The position numbers were made by a program, and so were the translations under genes. DNA of 64,000 bases from an uncultured delta proteobacterium. Its GTDB lineage: Bacteria; Desulfobacterota; Binatia; Binatales; Binataceae. The DNA lies in the NCBI GenBank assembly GCA_963808235.1, contig CAWEEQ010000004.1, forward strand, positions 1,696,001 to 1,760,000. The letters run 5' to 3'. Every line of letters begins with the position of its first letter. Within the stretch, counting starts at the first letter, position 1. The notes under the pieces are model-generated. The model did no database searches. It had not been told where the DNA came from and saw only the letters and a list, made by a program, of their open reading frames with translations. Shown in pieces: positions 49,663 to 58,995 of the stretch.

Positions 49663-51870
49663 CTACCTGAACGGTACGGCAAACCAGATCACCGCTAACG
49701 GGGGCATCTCGATTGCGATCGAATATGGGAGTCCTTGCCATGGAATCGCGGCTGCTTCCACGCCGCCCATGTTGCCGACGTTAGATCCGCCGTACGCTGA
49801 CGAGTCCGTATTGAGTATCTCGCGATACCATCCGGGACTCGGCACACCGACGCGCAAGCGGCTGCGGGTCACTGGCGAGAAGTTGCAAACGCAAATGACG
49901 CGGCGGCCGCTCGCGGGCGCAATCCGCATGAACGCAATCAGGTTGCTGTCGGCGTCATCCGCTTCGATCCATCTGAAGCCCGCGGGATCGGTGTCGGCCT
50001 CCCACAGTGCCGGCTCGTCGCGATAGATGCGATTCAAGTCGCGCACCAGGAGTTGGATCTCGCGATGGTCGGGATAATCGAGCAGGTTCCAGTCGAGGCT
50101 CGAGTCGTGATCCCACTCTTTCCACTGGCCGATCTCTTCACCCATGAAAATAAGTTTCTTGCCCGAGCGCGCCCACATGTAAGCAAACAGCGCGCGCTGA
50201 TTTGCGAACTGGCGCCATCGGTCGCCGGGCATCTTCGAGAGCAGCGCGCGCTTGCCGTGCACGACCTCGTCATGCGACAGCGGCAGCACGAAGTTTTCAC
50301 TCCACGCGTAGAGGAGGCCGAAAGTGAGATCGCGATGATGAAATTTGCGATAGATCGGATCGAGCGAGAAATACTCCAGCGTGTCGTGCATCCATCCCAT
50401 GTCCCACTTGAAGCCGAATCCCAGCCCGCCCATGAATACCGGTCGGCTGACTCCAGACCACGCGGTGGATTCCTCGGCGATCATCATGATGCCCGGATTC
50501 AGGCGATACACGTCCTGGTTGAGCTTTTTGATAAACGAGATCGCTTCGATATTTTCGCGTCCGCCAAAGACGTTCGGAATCCACTGGCCCTCGCGCCGCG
50601 CGTAGTCGAGATAGATCATCGAGGCGACTGCGTCCACGCGCAGCCCGTCGGCGTGGAACTCGCCCAGCCAGTAGAGCGCGCTGGCAGTCAGGAAATTGCG
50701 CACCTCGGCGCGCCCGTAGTTGAAAATGTAGGTGCCCCACTCAGGATGATCGCCCTGGCGCGGATCCGCGTGCTCGAAGAGCGCGGTTCCGTCAAAACGT
50801 CCAAGGCTGAATTCGTCCTTTGGAAAGTGCGCCGGGACCCAGTCGAGAATCACCCCGATGCCGCGCCGATGCATCTCGTCGATCAGGTAGCGCAAGTCGT
50901 CGGGGCTGCCGTAGCGAGCCGTCGGCGCGAAGTAACCGCTGACCTGGTAACCCCACGAGCCGCTGAACGGATGCTCCATAATCGGCATGAACTCGACGTG
51001 AGTGAATCCCATTCGGGTCACGTAGTCGCCGAGGATCGGCGCCATCTCGCGATACGAGAGCGGCCGATGATTCTCCTCTGGCACGCGGCGCCAGGAGCCA
51101 AGATGAACCTCGTAAATCGAGATGGGAGCTTTGATCCATTCGCGGCGCGCCCGCTCTGCGAGCCAGTCCGCGTCGTGAAACTGGTAGCTTGATTTGTACA
51201 CGACCGCGGCCGTCGCCGGCGGCGCTTCCATCGACTGCGCGAACGGATCGCTCTTCAGCAGAAGCCCGCCGTCGCGGGTGCGTATTTCGTATTTGTATTT
51301 GAATCCCGCGCCGACCCCGGGAATGAACAGCTCCCAGACCCCGGTGCTTCCGAGCGTGCGCATCATGTGGATCCGGCCGTCCCATTGGTTGAAGTCGCCG
51401 ACCACGCTGACTCCGCGCGCGTTGGGCGCCCAGACCGCGAATGACACGCCGGAGATCCCTTCGACCTGGCGCAAGTGCGAGCCCAGCTTGTCGTAAACGC
51501 GATCGTCCTTCTGTTCGCCCCACAGATAAATATCCAGATCGCCCAGCGTCGGCATGAACGAATAAGGATCGTGGATCGTGATCGATGCGCCGTCGGGATA
51601 GTGAATCGTAAGCTGATAGGGGAAGACTTTCGTGCGTCCATCGACCACCCCTTCGAACAGCCCGGCCGGGTCGCTCATCCGCATCGGTCGCGGCGGTTCA
51701 CCCTCGATCAGCAGCTCAATCCGCGAGGCCGCGGGCCGAAACGCACGCACCACAACGCGCTTGCCCTCGGGATGCGCGCCGAGAAGCGAATGAGGATCGT
51801 GATGCTGCAGCGCGAGCAGGCGTTCCAGGTCTCCGCGCGGCGCTGGTGATGAGCGAGTTTCCGCCTTCAT
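49663..51870 (-). CDS. glgB: 1,4-alpha-glucan branching enzyme
   Basis: FAVWAPNA, YEVHLGSW, DWVPAHF, RVDAVASM, LSHDEVVHGK. Confidence 0.97.
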   Translation of the reverse strand: MKAETRSSPAPRGDLERLLALQHHDPHSLLGAHPEGKRVVVRAFRPAASRIELLIEGEPPRPMRMSDPAGLFEGVVDGRTKVFPYQLTIHYPDGASITIHDPYSFMPTLGDLDIYLWGEQKDDRVYDKLGSHLRQVEGISGVSFAVWAPNARGVSVVGDFNQWDGRIHMMRTLGSTGVWELFIPGVGAGFKYKYEIRTRDGGLLLKSDPFAQSMEAPPATAAVVYKSSYQFHDADWLAERARREWIKAPISIYEVHLGSWRRVPEENHRPLSYREMAPILGDYVTRMGFTHVEFMPIMEHPFSGSWGYQVSGYFAPTARYGSPDDLRYLIDEMHRRGIGVILDWVPAHFPKDEFSLGRFDGTALFEHADPRQGDHPEWGTYIFNYGRAEVRNFLTASALYWLGEFHADGLRVDAVASMIYLDYARREGQWIPNVFGGRENIEAISFIKKLNQDVYRLNPGIMMIAEESTAWSGVSRPVFMGGLGFGFKWDMGWMHDTLEYFSLDPIYRKFHHRDLTFGLLYAWSENFVLPLSHDEVVHGKRALLSKMPGDRWRQFANQRALFAYMWARSGKKLIFMGEEIGQWKEWDHDSSLDWNLLDYPDHREIQLLVRDLNRIYRDEPALWEADTDPAGFRWIEADDADSNLIAFMRIAPASGRRVICVCNFSPVTRSRLRVGVPSPGWYREILNTDSSAYGGSNVGNMGGVEAAAIPWQGLPYSIAIEMPPLAVIWFAVPFR

Positions 51871-51923
51871 TTCCTACTTCAAAGTCTAAACGATAGATTC
51901 AATCCGCGCGAACCGATCCTCTT

Positions 51924-51951
51924 TAGTGGCACGGGCGTCCCTGCCCGTGAT
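51924..51951. repeat. REP-like palindrome, family 2, copy 1
   Basis: TAGTGGCACGGGCGTCCCTGCCCGTGAT, identical to 62020-62047. Confidence 0.85.
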
Positions 51952-51964
51952 AAATGCGAACACG

Positions 51965-53206
51965 ATGGCATCGACGCCGAACCAATCTCCAGCGAACGCA
52001 ATAATCGATCCATTAATGGGCCAGCTCGAGGTGCTCGAGCCGGGAATCGCGATGTTTCACGGATTTGCGAATGTCGCGTTCGCGTACGGGCGCGGCGAGA
52101 TGATCGTCGTCGATACCAGTTCGCGGCAGATGGGCCCAATCGCGGTGCGCGCGATTCGCGAGGTCAGCCAGGAACCGTTCGCGTTCCTGGTCTATACGCA
52201 TGGGCATGGCGATCACGCTTTCGGCACCGAGGCGTTTATCACCGACGCGCTCTCGCGCGGCCATGCGCGGCCCAGAATCTGGGCGCACGAGGACGTGACC
52301 GCTCGCTTCAGGCGCTACGCGCTCACCCGCCAATGGCAGGCGCATATCAACCGCCTCCAGTTCGGCACGATGTTGCGGCTCGACGATATGTTCAGCGAGA
52401 AGTCATTCAGTTATCCAGACCTCGTATATCGCAACACGCAATTTCTTGACCTGCTCGGCGAGCCGGTGGAATTGCATCACGCGATGGGCGAGACGGACGA
52501 TGCGACGTGGGTCTGGATGCCGACCCGGAAACTCGCGATGGTCGGCGATCTGATCGTCTCTTCGATGCCGAACACTGGCAATCCGAACAAGGTGCAACGC
52601 TACACGCTCGAGTGGGCGCAAGCGCTCGAAGCGATCGCTAAATGCGCTCCACGCATTGTGCTGCCGGGACACGGGCCGGCATATCGCGGTGAAGAGCTAT
52701 GCGACGAAGTGCTCCGCGAAACGGCGCGCGCGCTCAGAATCATCCACGACGAAGTCGTGCGACGCCTAAACGCCGGCGAATGGCCGGTAGATATAATTGA
52801 AGCCGATATTTCGTTACCCGCCGATCTCGCCGCGAAACCATACCTGCGGCCAATCTACGGATGCGTCCCGTTCGTAGTGCGCGACGTTATCCGACGCTAC
52901 GCAGGATGGTGGTCCGGCGAGCCGTCGCAGATGTTTCCGGCATCGCGCAAGGATCACGGCGGTGACTTGGTCGCGCTATGCGGCCGCGACGCGATGCTCG
53001 CAAAGGCCCGCGCGCTGAAGGACGAAGGCCAGTTGAAGCGCGCGCTAGCGATCGCGGAGATCGCGCTGGACGCTGATTCATCCGACAAGGATGCGGCGGT
53101 TCTAAACGCAGAAATCCTCGAAGCGATGGCGTCAGCCGAGCAATCGTTCATCGCCCGCAACTTCTTCGCAGGCGCAGCCCGCCAACTCAGAGAGCGTACG
53201 AAATAG
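51965..53206 (+). CDS. Alkyl sulfatase-like MBL-fold hydrolase
   Basis: THGHGDH, GETDD, LPGHG, YAGWWSG dimerisation region. Confidence 0.88.
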   Translation: MASTPNQSPANAIIDPLMGQLEVLEPGIAMFHGFANVAFAYGRGEMIVVDTSSRQMGPIAVRAIREVSQEPFAFLVYTHGHGDHAFGTEAFITDALSRGHARPRIWAHEDVTARFRRYALTRQWQAHINRLQFGTMLRLDDMFSEKSFSYPDLVYRNTQFLDLLGEPVELHHAMGETDDATWVWMPTRKLAMVGDLIVSSMPNTGNPNKVQRYTLEWAQALEAIAKCAPRIVLPGHGPAYRGEELCDEVLRETARALRIIHDEVVRRLNAGEWPVDIIEADISLPADLAAKPYLRPIYGCVPFVVRDVIRRYAGWWSGEPSQMFPASRKDHGGDLVALCGRDAMLAKARALKDEGQLKRALAIAEIALDADSSDKDAAVLNAEILEAMASAEQSFIARNFFAGAARQLRERTK

Positions 53207-53235
53207 CTCAAGCTACATTTCTGGCGCGTCTTTAA

Positions 53236-53741
53236 TCATTGTGTCATCCCGAGCGAAGCCGAGGGACCCCGGATCTTTCTCGACGCCGATCACTTCGACC
53301 CCGCTTAAGGCGCGCGGAGCCGAGCAGCTCCGAATCCGTTGCGTCACTCGGAGCTCAAACCAGCCCATGCCGGATTCATCGATTCGATCAGTAATTTCTG
53401 CCGCTTCTTTTCATTGTGTCATCCCGAGCGAAGCCGAGGGACCCCGAATCTTTCTCGACGCCGATCACTTCGACCCCGCTTAGGGCCCGCGGAGCCGAGC
53501 AGCTCCGAATCCGTTGCGTCACTCGGAGCTCAAATCATCCCACTCGGGATTCATCGATTCGATCAGTAATTTCTGCCGCTTCTTTTCATTGTGTCATCCC
53601 GAGCGAAGCCGAGGGACCCCGAATCTTTCTCGACGCCGATCACTTCGACCCCGCTTAAGGCGCGCGGAGCCGAGCAGCTCCGAATCCGTTGCGTCACTCG
53701 GAGCTCAAATCATCCCACTCGGGATTCATCGATTCGATCAG
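53236..53741. repeat. Left arm: three 175-bp tandem units (IR + last 48 bp of nuclease gene + flank-like junction)
   Basis: Units start at 53236, 53411 and 53586 with TCATTGTGTCATCCCGAGCGAAGCCGAGGGACCCC. Confidence 0.95.
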
Positions 53742-53984
53742 CTTGATTTTCTTCGCACGCGTCCAATTCTTCAGTTGCTTTTCGCGCGAGATAGCTGCGG
53801 ATGCATCCGCGAATTCTTCGAACCAGACTAGCCGAGAAATGTTGTAGGTGGCGGTGAACCCAGGCGTCACCTTGATCCGATGCTCATTCATGCGCCGGGC
53901 CAGATCGTTCGTTACTCCGATGTAGATGGTGCGCGATGGGCTCGCGGCGATGTATACGAAGAAGGAGGAGCGTGCTTTGCCCAT
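53694..53984 (-). CDS. Stand-alone GIY-YIG family nuclease
   Basis: FVYI...IYIGVTNDLARRMNEH...AISREKQLKNWTRAKKIKLIESMNPEWDDL; conserved Tyr, Arg, His and Glu present. Confidence 0.95.
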   Translation of the reverse strand: MGKARSSFFVYIAASPSRTIYIGVTNDLARRMNEHRIKVTPGFTATYNISRLVWFEEFADASAAISREKQLKNWTRAKKIKLIESMNPEWDDLSSE

Positions 53985-53996
53985 AGGCAGCTCGGC

Positions 53997-54194
53997 TCAG
54001 CGTGCCCCAAGCGAGGCCGAGGTGGCCGGCGTCGAGAAAGATCCGGGGTCCCTCGGCTGCGCTCGGGATGACACAAAGAAATGACACCGAAATAATGCGA
54101 TGCGCCGGGCTAGATCGTTCGTAACTCCGATGTAGATGGTACGCGATGGGCTCGCGGCGATGTATACGAAGAAGGAGGAGCGTGCTTTACCCAT
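53997..54194 (-). pseudogene. Truncated GIY-YIG copy (31 N-terminal residues plus repeat-derived tail)
   Basis: MGKARSSFFVYIAASPSRTIYIGVTNDLARR then diverges; lacks the conserved His and Glu. Confidence 0.7.
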
Positions 54195-54206
54195 AGGCAG
54201 CTCGGC

Positions 54207-54404
54207 TCAGCGTGCCCCAAGCGAGGCCGAGGTGGCCGGCGTCGAGAAAGATCCGGGGTCCCTCGGCTGCGCTCGGGATGACACAAAGAAATGACACCGA
54301 AATAACGCGATGCGCCGCGCCAAATCGTTCGTTACTCCGATGTAGATGGTGCGCGATGGGCTCGCGGCAATGTATACGAAGAAGGAGGAGCGTGCTTTAC
54401 CCAT
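54207..54404 (-). pseudogene. Second truncated GIY-YIG copy with the same 65-aa translation
   Basis: Same peptide as 53997-54194 despite 7 nucleotide differences. Confidence 0.7.
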
Positions 54405-54484
54405 AGGCAGCTCGGCTCAGCGTGCCCCAAGCGAGGCCGAGGTGGCCGGCGTCGAGAAAGATCCGGGGTCCCTCGGCTTCGCTC

Positions 54485-54577
54485 GGGATGACACAAAAAT
54501 AACTCGGGATGATACAAAGATGAGATGACACAAAGATCAAATGACACAAAGATGAAGTGATACACAAAGATGAAGTG
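54485..54577. repeat. Decaying short tandem copies of the REP terminus (ATGACACAAA)
   Basis: GGGATGACACAAAAAT, GGGATGATACAAAGAT, GATGACACAAAGAT, ATGACACAAAGATG, ATACACAAAGATG. Confidence 0.85.
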
Positions 54578-54617
54578 GCACGGAAATAACGCGCGCGTGA
54601 GAAACAACGGAAAAAAT

Positions 54618-56885
<2,268 letters not shown>

Positions 56886-56968
56886 GATGAGCTACCCATC
56901 TTACCAGCTTTTGATTTCGTGCCGAATGCCCACGGTCTTGCGCTCATTTTGTGGGCTCCGTAGATGCC

Positions 56969-57024
56969 TGTGGATAAGTGTATCTGGCAGCCGAAGTCCG
57001 ACACTTCAACCCTACTTATCCACA
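56969..57024. promoter_or_regulatory. Two perfect, inverted DnaA boxes upstream of uvrB
   Basis: TGTGGATAA at 56969-56977 and TTATCCACA at 57016-57024. Confidence 0.75.
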
Positions 57025-57235
57025 AGCATGCTGCTCCCGATGGTCAAAGATGACCATCCAAGGGGCTAAAAAATCTCGCATTTTCCGGTCCCGACGTGTT
57101 GCATTCTCGTTACAAATATAACTATATTTCCCCGTCAATTGGGTGGGGATCGTAGATTATCCGGCCGCCATTGTGTTCTGGGGGCATTTAGAGGGGTTCG
57201 TACGCGCAGACACGCACTTGGGTGAGGAGGAGTCC

Positions 57236-57949
57236 ATGAGCTGGAAATCAAGGTTTGTAAGGTCGATCGCGGGCCTTTTAGGCATCGCACTGCTCGCGGT
57301 CAATATGACCGGATGCGCCTGGGTCGAGAGGCCGCGCCATTGGGATGGATGCGCCATTGGGGGCGCCCTGCTCGGCGCAGGTATCGGCGCCGCCTCGGGT
57401 ATCGTCATCGTCGACAACACCCGCGGCCATACTGAAACTGCCAAGAGCGCCAAAGTCTATGCTGGCGTAGGCGGCGCTCTTGCCGGTGCGTTGATCGGCG
57501 GCGTCGCGGGCCATTTGATCTGCGATCCTCTGATCCCGCCACCACCGCCTCCTGCACCGCCACCACCTCCTCCGCCGCCGCCACCTCCGCCACCGCCGCC
57601 ACCGGCTCCGGTGAAGTTGATCCTGCGCGGCGTACACTTCGACTTCAACAAGTCGAAGATCAGGCCGGGTGATGCCGCCGTTCTGGATGAGGCCGCGTCC
57701 ACGCTGAAGGCCAATCCGAACGTCACGGTGAACGTTAACGGTTACTGCGACGCGATCGGCGGGGTTGACTACAACCTCAGACTTTCCGATCGGCGTTCCA
57801 ACGCGGTCGTGGATTACCTGGTGAACGCGGGCATTCCCGCCAGCCGGCTGATTCCGCATGGCTACGGCAAGAGCGACTTCGTAGCCACCAATGATACGGC
57901 CGAGGGCCGCGCTCAGAACCGTCGCGTCGAACTGGTGCCCAACCAGTAA
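57236..57949 (+). CDS. OmpA-family lipoprotein with glycine zipper and poly-Pro linker
   Basis: RBS GAGGAGG, lipobox MTGC, FDFNKS, NLRLSDRR, GRAQNRRVE. Confidence 0.92.
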   Translation: MSWKSRFVRSIAGLLGIALLAVNMTGCAWVERPRHWDGCAIGGALLGAGIGAASGIVIVDNTRGHTETAKSAKVYAGVGGALAGALIGGVAGHLICDPLIPPPPPPAPPPPPPPPPPPPPPPPAPVKLILRGVHFDFNKSKIRPGDAAVLDEAASTLKANPNVTVNVNGYCDAIGGVDYNLRLSDRRSNAVVDYLVNAGIPASRLIPHGYGKSDFVATNDTAEGRAQNRRVELVPNQ

Positions 57950-57976
57950 GTTCGAGTCAAGTCTGGATCTGTGAAA

Positions 57977-58018
57977 GCGGCCGTAGTCCCATAAAATGGG
58001 GCTGCGGCCGTCTTTTTT
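57977..58018 (+). terminator. Intrinsic terminator
   Basis: GCGGCCGTAGTCCCAT-AAA-ATGGGGCTGCGGCCGT followed by CTTTTTT. Confidence 0.8.
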
Positions 58019-58111
58019 CCGGCTCGGGTCGCTAGAGGTTCTGTTCGCCTCGTAGGAGCATTTATGTACATGCTGACGACAGGGCGCACTTCTGATGTGG
58101 GGAGCATCATT

Positions 58112-58708
58112 ATGACGACCATAAAGCTAAGGGGAACAAGAGCCATCTTCGCCGCACTGACGGTCTCGGCGGTTATTCTCATGATGCCGTCGCATGGCCG
58201 GTCGCAAGTCGCGGAGCCCGCGATCGCGGCCGCCGACGCGCAGGCGGCAATCGCGCCGCAGAGCGAGAGCGCCGCCACCACCGGCAGCACGTCTCCGTCA
58301 GGGCGCAAGACACTGCGTCAGCGGGTCAAGTCGCTGGTCGAGCGGCTGACGCCCGAGCGCATCAAGCTCAATCGCGACTTCAAAGTCGCATCTGCCGAGT
58401 TCCCGGACTTCTGCAAGCACTGGGAGCAGAATCTGCACGACCGCGAGGTGAACAACCTCAACAAGCTGAACTTCAGCCCGAAGGACGGTTTCGAGACCGC
58501 CACTTACACTGGCTACGGCAAGATCTCCGCATGCGAGTCGCATCAGTCAAAGGACGGTTACTCGATCGGCAAGCTCTCGTACGAGGAGTTCGTCTACTAC
58601 GTCGTCGGCAAAACCAGGGAAGAGGCGCGCAGCGCCACTCCCAAAACGATCAGCGACACGCACACGACTGAGATCTTTCGCTGGGAAAAAAACAAGTGGT
58701 TCTACTAG
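58112..58708 (+). CDS. Secreted hypothetical protein
   Basis: Signal peptide, coding-like codon usage, two Cys, aromatic C-terminus (KWFY). Confidence 0.78.
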   Translation: MTTIKLRGTRAIFAALTVSAVILMMPSHGRSQVAEPAIAAADAQAAIAPQSESAATTGSTSPSGRKTLRQRVKSLVERLTPERIKLNRDFKVASAEFPDFCKHWEQNLHDREVNNLNKLNFSPKDGFETATYTGYGKISACESHQSKDGYSIGKLSYEEFVYYVVGKTREEARSATPKTISDTHTTEIFRWEKNKWFY

Positions 58709-58799
58709 GCCGCGGCAGCGCCTGAATCAAATCGGCCTGCACAGTTCCCGGACCCGATAAATCCGCCTTCGCTGATCGTCAGATCGATCGGGGTTCTCG

Positions 58800-58842
58800 C
58801 GTCACCTATGCATTCCTACCGTCACCTATGCATTCCTATCGT
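58800..58842. repeat. 20-bp tandem direct repeat upstream of the esterase gene
   Basis: CGTCACCTATGCATTCCTAC / CGTCACCTATGCATTCCTAT followed by CGTTGAC. Confidence 0.85.
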
Positions 58843-58995
58843 TGACGATCAGAACTACCGGTGCTAATAGCCTCCCCAGATCGTAGCAGGTCGCTGCTAC
58901 GGACTTTGTACTTCTTGGTCGTCTAACTCCATTTTCGCGGACGCGACCGGACAACTTCGGAGGACTCGCGGCCCGCTTTTCGGGGGTGACATTCG

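Larger units (their letters stand above)
53890..54496. repeat. Right arm: three 210-bp tandem units (first ~95 bp of nuclease gene + IR + flank-like junction)
   Basis: Start codons at 53984, 54194 and 54404; REP ends at 54076, 54286 and 54496. Confidence 0.95.
53214..54596. mobile_element. GIY-YIG nuclease cassette bounded by triplicated inverted REP-bearing arms (mobility inferred)
   Basis: Core 53589-54076 is a 92-bp IR, nuclease gene, 92-bp IR (78/92 identical by manual count); outermost 50-bp ends 53239-53288 and 54447-54496 are perfect inverted copies. Confidence 0.65.

Noticed and set aside
53344-53741. Diversity-generating retroelement (template/variable repeat at the nuclease C-terminus)
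   Set aside because: Only four substitutions, one not at an adenine, and no reverse transcriptase in the window.
53241-53831. Plus-strand ORFs (MSSRAKPRDP..., MRHSELK...) as real genes
   Set aside because: They are translations of the repeat units, with no independent coding evidence.
53236-54496. CRISPR array
   Set aside because: Units are 175 and 210 bp with near-identical interiors rather than unique spacers, the two arms are inverted, and there are no cas genes.
56900-57140. Replication origin oriC
   Set aside because: Only two clear DnaA boxes, and no dnaA, dnaN or gidA neighbours.
57534-57610. CCG/CCA/CCT microsatellite
   Set aside because: It encodes an ordinary poly-proline linker with mixed codons in the OmpA-family protein.
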